64,000 nt of DNA from Antedon mediterranea (GCF_964355755.1 NC_092670.1:8174201-8238200), one strand, 5' to 3'; shown: positions 26,963 through 41,385, numbered from the stretch's first letter. Numbers and translations are program-made. Notes: generated by a model not told the origin, from the sequence alone.

Positions 26963-28164
26963 ATAACATGTGAGAATACACACAGGAGAGCCGAACATTG
27001 TGTACACAATGTGTAATGTCTCTATTTTAATTTTACAGCAAATAATATTAAGATACCAGTGCATTTTAGAATAACAGAAGAAATTGAGCGTTATTTATTT
27101 TTTCCATTAAAAGTATTTTTCTTGTATTAAATAAGTTTTAATTTGATTGGCCTTGATTGATTTCTTGTAGGAAAGAACATCTATGAATTTTACATCATTT
27201 TTAGGAGGTTGATGTTATGACATAGGTTTTAAACGAATAATACTGCTTTTTAATAAATGTCAATTTTATCATACAATGTGAATACTGTACGTTGTATTAC
27301 TATTTCAAATCGTTTTCTTTAATATCTGCTTCTTTTTTGTTATGTTTGCCCATTTTTGAGCAACAGTAGTTTTGGCCAATCACAAAACAGTACAAGTTCT
27401 ACCGTACAGTGTGTACTGTATGAAATCGCACACAATTTCAATACTGGTATGTTATGTACCGTACTGTATTTAAGTTACAGTATGTTATTGTGAAGTGTTG
27501 GACTTAAACCACACAAAATGATTCATTTTCGTTCTATTGTATATAGCTTTGGTTTTTATTATTTATTGTTCTAATTTTGTGGCTGTAACGCTTAACCCTC
27601 TACTACAATAAATTGAAGATGTCCAATACCATTCTCTATTTGCCTTTACTAATCGCACCGATTTTTCTTTACAATAGCTAAATGTGTTAAAATATAATAT
27701 TACACAAAAGACAACACAGGCACACTTAAGTTATGTCGTTATTGCTATTTTAATTATATTTAATTTGGTATATGATGCAAAGGCAAAGTTATTCTTTATT
27801 TGCTACTTAAATTTAAAGTTACAATATTCATCACTGATCACTCAGTAGAAATTGTTATTTTCATTTGCAAGCTTGCATTAAACCTTAAGAAATAACATTT
27901 TCATAAATAGGCCTAAAGACATTTTTATAAAATTTCTTAATTTAAAACAATAAAAGGCGTAGGCCTATAATTGAAAAAAGAATGAGGCCTAAACTAGATT
28001 TTTTTTAAATAATAAGGCTATAACATAGAAGAAATGTTTTTCCGATGGCTGACGGCTAGTGACAATGAATTGAGACGGATCGCCAACTTGGTCGGTCTTC
28101 AGTAAGTTGATATATTATATGAGTAGGTTGTCCAATTTTTATTCTATCAAAGCATCTTGACTTT

Positions 28165-29958
28165 CAGGCCCGTATGCAGCATTTATAATGGGGGGGTGCG
28201 AGCGAAGTGAGCAACAATGGCTGGGGGCCAGGGGGCCGCCAAGGGCCCCCGGTCAGGGTCCAGGGGCCGAAGGCCCTGGAAAAATTTGCGTTATTTGACG
28301 TTCTAAAGACTGATGTAAGACTCTCTGTTGTGGCTTGGGCTAGTTGAACGATGGACACCAGAACTTAACGCTTTCATGATGAGGCCAACTCAGCAGGGGT
28401 GGCGCCAGGATCTTCCCGACGCGGGGGCTACATTCCCCGACGAGGGGGCTATGCGAGCGAAGCGAGCATCACTAGGCTGAGGGCCAGGGGCCGCCAAGGG
28501 CCCCTGGTGGGGGTCCAGGGGGCGAAGCCCCCGAAAGCAACGCATTCTAGCGTCATTTGAGGTCTTTTTAATCAGATTTAGGGTAGCCATTTTTTCCATT
28601 TTTTATAATGCATAAATAAAATACTGCGTGCAAAAAAACGATGCGCGATGACTGTTTCAATCCATATTTTTCAATTTAAAAAATAAAAGTTCAAAGAAAA
28701 TTTAGAAAAATAGAGTTGGAGGTCCCGGAAATTGGACTTATTATACTTCAAAACATGAAAAAAAATATATAAGTCCCTATCATGGGTTGTGACTGAGCTA
28801 AGAAATGTTTGAAAAATAGAGATGTTAGGTCCCGGAAAATGTACTTCTTGTTCTTCGAAATATGACCAGCTTTATTGTTGGGGCTGAGCTAAGAAAATGT
28901 TTAAAACTATAGAGCTGCAGGTCTTCAAAAAATTGCATTTTATACTTTGGAAACATCAGGCCTAGAGGCTTAAAAAACGCAATCGTAGACCTTTTTCAGT
29001 CGGGGAAAAAAGTTTATTCCTCCCAGGTGTATGCATGCGTACCATCTGGACTTCCGAGTGGTGAGAAATTCATGACATACAGGATATTGAAAATGTAATA
29101 ACTATAGCTATAATGTTGGCTAAGCGAAAATGGCATGTTTTTTTGTTTAGTAATGGATGAAAAATTTATTTTAGGTGGCCCACGGTACAGAAGGTTACTT
29201 GTAAATTAAAAAATTGGTGAACAAACGAACAATTAACATAATTCGTTTTTGCTGTAGTGTAGCGTACGTCGACGCAGTACACGACGTAACCGCCGGTAAA
29301 CTTCGCCTGGAAAATAACACATTACACATTTTGGTCCCTGGATGAAACTTGATATCACGCGTCTCGACCCAACGTTGAACGATTCGTACAAAGGGATACC
29401 GCCAGACAAGTGCGTACCTAGCTATTGTTTAGTAGTAAGTTAGATCGCTGGCAATAATGAATGCATATAAAGTGCATAATATCACTAGGCTCCCCGACGA
29501 GGGGGGGCTAGAGCCCCCGTAGCCCCCCCCCCCCCCCCCCCCCGCTGGCGCCACCACTGCAACTCAGACAGCGTCGTACGACGTTGGCCTTCCCTTGTTT
29601 AGGCGCCGTATTCGATAGTGTCTGTATTTCCAGACACGTCTTAACACTTTACCGCGTACCGCGTACATGAAGCGCTAAGCTATTGCTTGTCGTCACATGA
29701 TCGACTGCGCATGTTTTACATCGAGTTTGTAGTCAGTTCAGATTCCGTAATTTAATTACCGGTATTTTTTCATTTTATATTAGCATATTTTTGTTGGTAT
29801 ACCATTGATAATATAAATTTTGTATATATATAATGATATTGTCTTTAGTTAAACAAGACAAGAAAAAATACCAACCGAGGAAATAGTGGACCTTTTGGGA
29901 CTTGGGGGGGGGGGGGGGTGCGTCTGCACCCAACGCACCCTCCCTGGATACGGGCCTG
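28165..29958. mobile_element. hAT-like non-autonomous element with 5-bp TSD
   Basis: TIR caggcccgtat(g/c)cag; TSD acttt at 28160-28164 and 29959-29963. Confidence 0.85.
28394..29559. mobile_element. hAT non-autonomous element nested in the previous one
   Basis: TIR cag(g/t)ggtggcgccag; perfect 8-bp TSD caactcag (28386-28393, 29560-29567). Confidence 0.9.
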
Positions 29959-30300
29959 ACTTTGGTCGTCCTGGTCTCCGAGCACTTTTCGATTTTTCCT
30001 TGCAAAGGTGTCTTCTAGAGATATGCCATCTTCTAGTAAAATGAACGAAAGTGTTGAGTTTATTTTGTTTAGTAAATTACTTCTTGTAGTACGACAGGCA
30101 CAGTGGCTCTTTTTTCATTGTTTCAAGTGTGCCATTCCAGGTTGCGAACAATGCAAATGCATGGAATTGTAAAGAACTAAAGATAGGCTCCTACAAAACG
30201 AAAATTATTATGAACAGAATAAATTATTCAAATGAAGAAACTCTTTGAATCTTACTATAATTTCATTTAAATCTACTACTAGTAGTATTCGGTTGACGTT

Positions 30301-31371
30301 CAGGTCCGTAGCCAGGGGGGGTTTTTATGGTTCGGGCGAACCCCCCCCCCCCTTTACAGCGAATCCCCCTTAACCGACTGCGAACCCCATCCCCGACATG
30401 CCCAATGCCTCACCCTCATCTCTGAAAATCGTCCAAATACGTGCCGCACAGTACAAAAAGTTGTTCGTAAATTAAAAAAATCGTAAACTCGTCCGGAATA
30501 ACTCATACAGTACCTTCTTCCCTGTATGAGCGTACTTCGAGCGATATAGTCTGTAAAGAGTTGCAAATGAATTGCCGATTTTAACCTGAAAAATAAATGT
30601 TTAGTCCCTGCATGTAACATGATATTGACGCGTCTCACAGCGAGCTGGGGGACGAACGATTCGTACAAAGGACACCGCCAGACAACTGCGTATCAATTGT
30701 TTAGATCACTGGCAGTCAGGCAGCATGCATAAAGTATATAGCCTTCCGACATACATCAGTATTTATGTGTGGCTATGAAGTATAATGTATCATAGAGGAT
30801 TATAGTGAATATTAATATTTTACACTATAATATATATGGTATCATGTACTGTAGTTCACATTATGGCATCCGATTATTTTTTTCTAGACCACCAGCCGAT
30901 ACGTACTCAAATGTATCAATATCACCTATTTACATTGGCATATTTAATTTCCTCAACAAATTGCTGTAAATAAATATTATAGATAGAGCTATAATAAGAA
31001 TTGCATTTGCCTTCACCCAGTGTGCTTTTTTCGGGGCTTCTCCTAGACGTACGTTCACATTGAACTTGAACGCAAAACAAAATATCGAGTAAATGATCAA
31101 ACAATCGGCGGTTCCACACAGAGCACGCGCATCTAACATACGGCAACAAATGTTATCGTTTAAATAGTCCACGAGTCCAAGTACGATCGTTTTGCTCATT
31201 GGTAGCATGCTGCATGAGAGTGTCTTTTCCGGCCATCTAGGGGTGTCATTTAACAAAATTTGCTTCGCCTCAGGCCCCACCCCAGGGGGGGGGGGGTTAG
31301 GTATGGGGGTGGGGGTGACCCAAATACTTAGTGTGCGAACCCCCCCTTGACAGATCCTGGCTACGGCCCTG
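30301..31371. mobile_element. hAT-like non-autonomous element with 5-bp TSD
   Basis: TIR cagg(t/g)ccgtagccagg; TSD acgtt (30296-30300, 31372-31376). Confidence 0.85.
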
Positions 31372-33668
31372 ACGTTGATTAATTATTCCATTGACGCCTC
31401 ATGTTTGCAAGATATAATAGTAGGCCTATGCTCTTTCGGTCAAGTACACACACCACGCCACACGACACGACACGTGGTTGGAGGAGAATAGTAGAGACAC
31501 ATGTGACATACACATTTCAACGGGTTGATTTCACCAAAGATAGTGTTTGATTTCACTGTAAAGATAGGTACTGTACTTACAATACTAATGATTGATGAAT
31601 ATTTAAGTTAAGGAAGCTAGGCTAGTTACTATACAGTGCTTCTAGGTAGGCCTCCTAGGCATGTTATTTCATGAAGTGATATTACTCAATGGTTAAGTAA
31701 TTAATTTACTACCTAGCAGCTAGAATTTCGCTAGTATAGTAGTAACGGGATCCAGTCAAGTCGCCCCATCGCAAAGTCGCCCCATACAAAGTCGCCCAAT
31801 ACAAAGTCGCCCCATCGCAAAGTCGCCCCAAAACAAAGTCGCCCCAAAACAAAGTCGCCCCGGCACAGTCGCCCCATCGCAAAGTCGCCCCATTACAAAG
31901 TCGCCCCATCGCAAATTCGCCCCATCGCAAAGTCGCCCCAACGCAAAGTCGCCCCATCGCAAAGTCGCCCACGGTTTTAAAAAAATCATTAAAAAAATAG
32001 TCCCTTGTTTGAAAGTTCTAAAAAGATTATCCCTGATTTATAGTTTCGAAAATGTTAATTTAATATGATTTTAAAATTAGTTGGGTAGTAACAAAGTGCG
32101 AGGCAGCGAGGCACGCGAGGCAAGTCAAATATTTATGCGAGGCATCGTTTTACCGTCACCAAAAAATGCGAGGCACCATTTTATTATTTCCCAAAAGTGC
32201 GAGGCATGAAATTCAACAAAAAATTCGGCCCTGGAGACGTTCGTCCCACTTAGGACCGAACGTCTTACTTTATAGTCCAAACCAAAAAGTTTTTAAAGGT
32301 GTTTAATAACATATTTCATTGATATTGCAAATGTTTTCGATATAATAATAAAATAAATTACAAAAAAATGTAATTATATCATAAATTATGCATTTTATTA
32401 TTTCGAAAACTGTGTTTAGTGTGCATTCGCAAAACGACCAACAGAGGGTGTCATTTGTTTATATCATTCGCTCGTGTGGCCGGCTGCGCGGCTAATTAAG
32501 ATCATTTACGGTAATGTTTTAGGCCCTATATTTTAACAATATTGTAGTTTATAGAGTATTAGTATTACTACTACCCCATAGTCTCTCTGAAAAGAAAGTT
32601 TGGGGAAAAAAGGTCTGTTTATGCTTATAAAATGCATATCAAAGCCTATACATTAAGTGGGCCGAATCGTCCAGACTCTGTCTAGACTGCCAGAATATAG
32701 TAGGCATGTTAAGGTGCATATTTTAGGCAAATCCTTCAAATTGTGATAATATTTTGAAACTTTGCACAGTTATTCATTAGGGTGTCAAAAACATGAAATG
32801 GAAGGGTTGCACAAAATTTGGTCAGGGGAAAGCCGCCATTTTGGATTTCAAAATGGCGGACCCTAAATTTTCACTTTTCAGGTATATCTCCGCTAAAAAG
32901 GCACCTAGAGTTCTGATTTTAGGTGCAAATTATATGGTAGTGGGGTCACCAAACATATTGGTATAACTAACATTTTGATTGCATGGCGGCCATGTTTGAT
33001 TTCAAAATGGCGGACCCCAAATTTTCACTTTTCAGGTATATCTCTGCTAAAAAGGCACCTAGAGTTCTGATTTTAGGTGCAAATTATATGGTAGTGGGGT
33101 CACCAAACATATTGGTATAACTAACATTTTGATTGCATGGCGGCCATGTTTGATTTCAAAATGGCGGACCCCAAATTTTCACTTTTCAGGTATATCTCTG
33201 CTAAAAAGGCACCTAGAGTTCTGATTTTAGGTGCAAATAATATAGTAATGGGGTCACCAAACATATTGGTATAACTAACATTTTGATTGCATGGCGGCCA
33301 TGTTGGATTTCAAAATGGCGGACTTCAAATTTTCACTTTTCAGGTATATCTCTGCTAAAAAGCCACCTAGAGTTCTGATTTTAGGTGCAAATTATATGGT
33401 AATGGGTCACCAAACATATTGGTATAACGTCTTTGATTGCATTGCCGCCGCCGGCCATTTTGAACGTAGCTCAAACTGTACTGGCTTTACACTATTTGTT
33501 TATGTTTATAGTTACATGCATTTAACATGGACACTTATTGTAGGTCACATTTTCCCTGGCAACCACACAGCTCTGTACATCGTAAATCACTCTTTCTGCA
33601 TTTACAGCGTCCAAGATCACAGTCGGTGTGTCCACAGCGATTAAAACCTTTGTGACATCTGAGAGTGT

Positions 33669-33984
33669 GGAGCACTGTGGCGCAGTGGTTAGAGCATTGG
33701 ACTTGCAATCAAGAGGTTGCTGGTTCAAGCCCGGTCGGTCACTGCAGTGTTGAGTCCTTAAGCAAGATTCTTTATCCACATTGTTTCTCCCCACCCAGAT
33801 GATAGAAATGGGTACCGGTATGTAAAAAGTACTGGGAAGGTAAACCAGACTCGTTTGTGCGGGAGGAGTGGCGTACCCCCACCACAAACATACACACTTA
33901 GTGGAGTCTGGCTCAAACGCTAAAGAAATGGAGATGGGCACCACAGCCATTATCATTAGCTTAGGTCTCGACACTTTACCTTAC
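33669..33984 (+). mobile_element. tRNA-derived SINE
   Basis: A box tggcgcagtgg, Cys-like anticodon arm gacttgcaatc, B box ggttcaagccc, body with ccacccag...aaatgggtacc, tail actttacctta. Confidence 0.8.
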
Positions 33985-34013
33985 AGACAATGACATCCTA
34001 TCGAAAACTGAAG

Positions 34014-34435
34014 TCATTCATGGCATCTTTTTCCAAGTCTTGTTAAATGTAGCTTTACCTTTTCCTTGAACAGATGAAGTTGTATCACATTCACAACACC
34101 GCTAAAGGAATGAAAGAACAAGTAAGCGGCTGATGCTTGTGGTCCAAGAGAAGAAACAATCTCGTGTATTGGGATGTGCTTCCCCACTCCAAACTCGATC
34201 CAAAGCTCGTGGATCCTAGGTATTCTGTGGAAAGCTGACAATGCAATAACAATAACATCACTGTCTACAGTCTTGACAAGAATGCGCGGAAAAATTTCAG
34301 CGGCATGTTTAACATGAACAAACATACATTCATCTGCCTCTATGTTACATGGCATCAGCAGTTGTATATTTACAGTCTGGTTTGTTGCAGCTCTGTCTCC
34401 TAGAGACCCTACAAACATTCCGTGATTTGTGTCAA
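34014..34435 (-). pseudogene. Inverted remnant of the FEN1/XPG(PIN)-like ORF (left arm)
   Basis: CNIEADECMFVHVKHA..VKTVDSDVIVIA..LWIEFGVGK..IPIHEI. Confidence 0.7.
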
Positions 34436-34439
34436 CTTC

Positions 34440-35437
34440 GATCAGTGACACGACTAGATTTGTTTTTCGATAGATACTTTAATGACAGTTTAAAGTCTGG
34501 TATGCGTTCCAACCGCGTTTCTGGTGTAAGGAGGGTCGTTAAAGCCAGCGGGAGCATGCCCAACAATTGGACCACATTTTTTAGATTTGATGACAACAAA
34601 TCAGATTTGTTTTCATTTATTGTAACTGAAGTAGTAGAGAACATTGGCACAAATCACGGAATGTTTGTAGGGTCTTTGGGAGACCAGTAAATATACAATC
34701 GCTGATGCCATGTAACATAGAAGAGGCAGATGAACGTATGTTTGTTCACGTTAAACTTGCCGCTGAAATTTTCCACGCATTGTCAAGACTGTACACAGTG
34801 TTGTCAGCTTTCCACAGAATACCTGGCATCCACGAGCTTCTGATTGAGTTTGGAGTGGGGAAGCACTTGAAGTACATCCCAATACACGAGATTGCTTCTT
34901 CTCTTGGATCACAAGCATCAGCCGCTTACTTGTTCTTTCATACCATTAGCGGTTGTGATAGAACTTCATCTGTTTAAGGAAAAGGTAAAGCTACATTTAA
35001 CGAGAAAAAGATGCCATGTAGGACTCCAGTTTTGTTAGTGAAGAAACAGATTATCTAGAACAGTTTGTTGTAACTATGTCTACTGCAGAACATTTAATGA
35101 TGCAATACGATATCTTTTTACAACAAGAGAAAGACTATTGAAAATATCCCCCAACATCTGCGGCATTAAGAGAACATGTGAAATGGAAACCAGGAAGTGG
35201 TACGACTGTCTAGATGCATTCAGGGTTGAACAGGACCTAGCGAACTGGGGATAGAGGAAGGACGGCAACAAATTTAGTCCAGCTTGGAGTTCATATCTTG
35301 GAGAACTTTCAGACGTCACAAAGGTTTTAATTCGCTTTGGACACACCGACTGTGATCTTGGATGCTGTAAATGCAGAAAGAGTGATTTACGATGTACAGA
35401 GCTGTGTGGTTGCCAGGGAAAATGTGACCTACAATAA
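34440..35437 (+). pseudogene. Degenerate TE-borne ORF: FEN1/XPG(PIN)-like nuclease motifs plus C-terminal CXC (tesmin-like) domain
   Basis: DLFFDRY, EEADERMFVH, FHTISGCDRTSS, GKGK; ends CDLGCCKCRKSDLRCTELCGCQGKC; several stops and indels. Confidence 0.7.
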
Positions 35438-37367
35438 GTGTCCGTGTTAAATGCATGTAATTATGAACATAAACAAATAGTGTAAAGCCAGTACGGGTTG
35501 AGCTACATTCAAAATGGTCGCCATGCAATCAATGACGTTATACTAATATGTTTGTTTACCTCAATACTATATTATACTTTGTACCTAAAATTATAACTGT
35601 AGGTATCGTACTGAAACATTTTGAGTTCGCCATTTTGAAATTCAAAATGACCGCCATGCAATAAAAATGTCAGTTAAATACCAATATGTTTGGTTACCTA
35701 TTACCATATAATTGGCACCTAAAATCAGAACTCTGTGTACCTTTTTAGCAGAGATACCTGAAAAGTGAAAATTTAAAGTCCGCCATTTTGAAATCCAAAA
35801 TGGCCGCCGTGCAATCAAAATGTTAGTTATACCAATATGTTTGGTGACCCATTAACATATAATTTGCACCTAAAATCAGAACTCTAGGTTCCTTTTTAGC
35901 AGAGATATACCTGAAAAATGGAAATTTGAAATCCGCCATTTTGAAATCCAACATGGCCGCCATGGAATCAAAATGTTAGTTATACCAGTATGTTTGGTGA
36001 CCCCATTACCATATAATTTGCACCTAAATTCAGAACTCTAGGTGCCTATTTAGCAGAGATATACCTGAAAAGTGAACAATTTGGGTCCGCCATTTTGAAA
36101 TCCAAAATGGCGGCTTTCCCCTGACCAAATTTTGTGCAACCCTTCCATTTCATATTTTTGACACCCTAATGAATAACTGTGCAAAGTTTCAGAATGTTAT
36201 CACAATTTGAAGGATTGGGTCACTTAACAGGCCTACTAATAGTAATTCAGAACCAAGCCCAAGAGGGCCCTAATAATCACCATACGAGACCAAAAATGAG
36301 GCCCAGAATGTTGCGAATACCCACCAAAGAAGGGTAGATAATTGTTCATTAATTAATAAAACCCAAGTTTTATCGCAAAAATCGTGCGATTTTATGTTAA
36401 AAACGATGAATTTCAGCAATAACAAACAAGATTATTTATGGCACGCCCATAGTGCCTTTAATAGGAGAACAGCAGATCGGTTATCATTGTGTATTCTTCT
36501 AACGTTTATCGCCGATCTAATTTGTTTGTGTGAACATATTGACCTGTTTCGGAAGTTATTGTGTAGGAGTAGTATAAATTTGACAATACGGATTAAACAA
36601 TTTAATATTACAATGTAAAGAAAAAAAAACACTGTTGATCAAGTTTCATTAATTATATATATTTATCCAAAGATATAATCATTCCTTTATAACTTAACCA
36701 AATTTTCCTATGTAGTCCTTCTCATTTTTCAACATAGACCTATAACATAACTGTAGGACCTATATTTGATGAACAAAATTTAAGTTTAAAAAATGACCGA
36801 TTTATAAAATAATAAAACCAAAGAACAACTAAAATACTGCATATTAGTACTGTTAAACAAATTATAAACAAGTGTTTAATACGGAAAAATCTTCCTTTTA
36901 ATTGAAAACAAACAACATATTGTAAAATTATAAAACAATCAAAATCATCTTAATGAATGTTACCAAAATGAAAAGAACAAATAAAACACCATTTTTCATA
37001 TAATTGTTGATTTAAATAAAAGTTTTTTTTCCTTTGTTTTACAAATATTTACATTAAATCAGTTCAATAAGTGAATATAATACTTTCTATGTCAAACATA
37101 ATACTACACTATGTAACACAGGGTTAAACATATTATTATAACCAACATGCCATGATAGATAGATAATCAATTTTTATATGTATATTGTTTCTAGTTCAAC
37201 TTTTAAGATTACACATTGTGAGAGATTGCCATAAAAGATAAGATACATTTAAATATTGTAGCATAAAAATAATAGTTTATTAATAACATTTAGCTTTAAA
37301 ATTGCATTAGAAAAAGAACAAAACAAAAACAGTGTTTTCTGTTGTAAATCAGTCTGGTTTTATGTTG

Positions 37368-40300
37368 TTAATTAATGCTTTGTTTTTGAGATTCTGTTAA
37401 ATTTTTGTCAAAGTACAGTGGCATTGTTGGTGAGTTATAAGTACTAATGTACGAGTTTCTAGGCAATTTAGACATGCAAGCAATACATGGACAAAAATAA
37501 AAGGTACGCGAAATCCACCTTCGTTGTATGGTTCTATAAGGACCTGTGGTACTAGCTTGCAAGTCCCCAGACTGAAGAATCCTTTTGCAAATCGCACACT
37601 TCGCTTCTTTTGATCCAGTTCGAACATTAATGTAATAATTTTGATTTACGGCTTTTGGAATTTGTGTTATTGGTAATTTTTCAGGGTATTTATTTGTTAT
37701 CTCTTTCCATTCTGCTTGTGTGAATTTTGTTTTGTAAATCAAGTGATCGTGTTTTCCAAAATTGAAAATGTTGTGAAATACCCAAACTAAATGGTGACAT
37801 CCACTCTTGCAACCAATGGATGTGCAGGTAGCAATATCTTTTGTCATCTTTATTTTTTCCAAGTAGCCCATTGTGTCTAAAATCATAAAATTAAATTCAT
37901 TAATATTACTGTTACTTGCCATTAAGTCCATCTGAACATTGTTCACCTTCTTCATGAAAAAACCAAGATTTTTCTTCTCAACTCGTCTCGCTTGTGGCTC
38001 TTTCCTATTTCTGTCTGACCTATGGCTATCTTTAACATTTACTCTGTAATCATTTTGTGCCATTTCAATCGAACCAACACCCTGTATCTCAGATTGACGT
38101 CTTTCAATGTCTTGAGCAGCTGACGCACACCTATCTATGTCAACAAACAGTTCTTGGTCACTCTTTTCCCTTCTTTCAGCTGATGTGGGTCCCTTACCAA
38201 TTGTTTTTCTACCAAGAGCCTGTCGCTTTATTTCTGCCGTCTCTAAAATGGCAGCTGAACACTCCATAATAACAACATCCAATAGCCTTTTTCTGTAACC
38301 TGATGCACTAACAGATTTTGCATTGGAAACTTCGGCTGAAGAGGCTAAGCTACTTGATTGTATTCTACACCACTTCTGCCAACGTGCTTTTCGTCTCCAC
38401 CACCAATTCTTAAAGTTCATCATTTTTGTACGGTTATTAGATTTTGTAGAAATTAGTTTCAACAGTGCTGTCTCTGCTTCTTCAGCATGAACATTTGTAA
38501 CAGCATTATAAGCATCAACCATAAATTTTTGAAATTTAGATTTGTCTTTTTCAGAGCTGAAGTAAACATTGTGCCGATTTATATCTTGCTTAAAATGAAA
38601 GTAATCTGAAACAGTTTTTGTCTTAATATCATTACCTTTGGCTTTGCAAAGACCTGACCACAGAGCTCCTCCCTCATCTCCAACATAGGCATGGGCATCT
38701 AGACCTTTACCCAGAAAGTCAATGGCTTTAAGGTTGTATTCAAGAGCTACAGAAGGTATAATTTTGTTTACAGCTTTATCAAAGTATCTCACTAGCCTCG
38801 CCACATTTTCTGAATTTTCACCAGGTTTTGGAACGAAACTACTAACAAGTTTAACATTCCGTCTCAAAACAGGATTATATGTTGCATCAGCTCAATTTCT
38901 GTGTAATCTTTTGTAAGACTTTCGCACCCATCAAGGCTAACTGGTTCATTTATTTTACCAAGAGTAATGAGAGCTGCCATACGAATTTTTTGTTCACTGG
39001 ACAGAAAAACAGAGTTTTCACCAACTTCCATGATTAAATTTTCATCTAAACCCCGCTTACAAAAATCTTCTTTAAGTAGGCGTATAGCTTCAATATCTGA
39101 ACCATCTGGTCTGGATTTTTCATTAACCTTACTTTTAAGATAATGGAGATGACGTGTGTCACTAAATTTCATAGCCGCATCTTCTAGAGAATTGCTATCA
39201 CGTTTACCATCTAATAAAACCTGTCGAATTTTTTCTAACTGAATTTGACCAGTTGTTATTGTTGGTCTTTGTTTTAGAATGTCTTTGACTTCCTCTTCAT
39301 TGGGCTTTTCTTCAGCAGCTTTTGGAAAGCAGGAATGAAAACCAATATAAATCACAGTCAATTTGTTATGACAACGATCATTTTCAACATACTTTCTGGC
39401 AGAGCATTTGACTTTTGTTGCTTCTTGATTACAATGTTTACAATGCTTACTTCTGTTAAAATCTGCTTTATTAGAATGTTGGTTTATGTTTCTGAATGCA
39501 CATTTAACATTTCTACATTCAAATGATCCTCCACACATCTGTAAGGTTCGTCGTCCTCCCTTACAAAATTCACGCCTGGGACAGTGTTGTGACCGACTCC
39601 AATTCCATGTGTCATAGATTCCAATAAGAGGTTTGTTTTCATTGTAGGAAACTTCATACCTTAAATTTCCATTAGGTGTATCAGGTACTTTGTTTACTCG
39701 TTCTGCCTTTAACTTGTCAACCTCATTTTGATTCAAGTACACTCTTGAGCCCCTCTTTATTAGTATCTCATCTCTGTAAAAGTAAATAACATTCAGTTAC
39801 GTATTTATTTATTTGTAGGCAAATTCTTAATCCATGCAGTCTAACTTTTACTTTACTAACTTACTTTTTTTCTTCCAATACATCTGTGTGCCATTCTTCC
39901 TTTTTGCATTGTTTTGGTTTTTTTTTTATTGGTGTACACTCAGCCGAGCTTAAACCACTCATCGTACTTGTCAGAATGTCAATGGACTTTTTCTAGAAAG
40001 CAAATAAGAAACACACATTCGCTTTATTTTAACACATCACTGAATTTGTAATACATGCATTTAAAAACATATTCTAATTTGTAAAATAATTTTAAAATTC
40101 TAAACTCTAATTTTTTAATTTATTTTTTAAGATTCCTGATGATGATTGCCAATTACAGAAAGAAAAAATAATGTTTTGGAGGCAAATACAATACTAAGAA
40201 TTCTTGACTTAAACATTAAAGTTGGATATGTGAGGGAACTCTGAAATATATTATTAAAGCAGTTTAGGGTGACAAAAATATCACCAAGTATGAATGAAGT

Positions 40301-41385
40301 TTTTAATATATCATTATTTAAAACTGTATAATCAATAAACTTACCAAATTTTCTGTTTTTCTTCTTTTCCGTTTTTTTGATTTGCCTTTGTTATCACCGA
40401 GACTTAGAGATGGTAAATCGTCTGAGCTGCTTGAAATTACAGTAGAATTACGTATGGTGTCCTACACAAAAACACATTTTAAATATTGATAGTTACTGTT
40501 CATGACAATATATTATGAATAGAGCATAACATTACATGATGAGTTAAGTTAAGTTTATTTTAGCTTTGCTTGAATATAAATAATTAATATTTTTTGGTTA
40601 TTGTTACTGTTTATAAAAACATGCAAGTTAGGATAGGTGGCAATTGCCAACCTAACTATTTCAATTAAATTTATTGACAATAATGTATTCACGAATAAAT
40701 GTATGAATGAATAAATTAATTAATGCATCTTCAGACTTTTTGGTAGCCTAGTCTAAGATACACTAGGTAGGCTACAAAAGTGACTAAAAAGCACAGTAGT
40801 TTAGTAAAATTTAAATTAGAAAAACATTATCTTAACCTTCAATTGACCTAAAGTATCATCTTGACTATCATCTGTATTAAAATCTCTTGTGTTTTTTTTC
40901 TGCCAAAAGTATTTAGTGCGAACTAATAGTAATGGTAAAGAAAATCAAAGTATATGTTTTCAACTTGACCATGCTATGCATTGCGAATCTAAAGGCAACC
41001 CGTCTTCCCCTACTTAATCTCCTTAGTTCTGATCAGTTTTTAAACTTACCTCATCTTCTGATTCACTGGTAATTAAAACAATATCATTCCCAATCTGCAA
41101 CGATAAAACATTTAAATTCACAACATTATTGTATTTCAAATAATTATATTTGAACAACCAATAGGAATATAGTTTAGTGTAAAAAAGAATGTATAACATG
41201 TTTGGATAAGTATAGTAGGCATAGGTTTTTAGTATTTATTACTGTTGACCAAAATGGTTTGAATTGATGTAGGGGAATATTATACAGTTTTATCATTTTC
41301 TTAAAATGGGATAAATGCTAAATAATTAGGGATCATATCCAAATGACTATATTTCAGTTTCTGCAGTAATACCGAACAAACTATA

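Larger units (their letters stand above)
32698..36238. mobile_element. Palindromic TIR element (two head-to-head 3' halves), superfamily uncertain
   Basis: Ends tagtaggc(a/c)tgttaag; possible 3-bp TSD ata; ~152-bp subterminal repeats (~4 per arm); arms inverted through coding remnants with a ~200-bp spacer at ~34436..34643. Confidence 0.85.

Noticed and set aside
28164-31280. Short GC-rich ORFs (60-116 aa)
   Set aside because: They lie within non-autonomous MITE sequence and show no recognisable motifs
31709-31989. ORFs with GDFAMGRLC repeats (also 48444..48773)
   Set aside because: Translations of the ~16-bp TIR tandem repeats
33669-33745. tRNA-Cys(GCA) gene
   Set aside because: The acceptor stem does not pair and the sequence continues into a SINE body and tail
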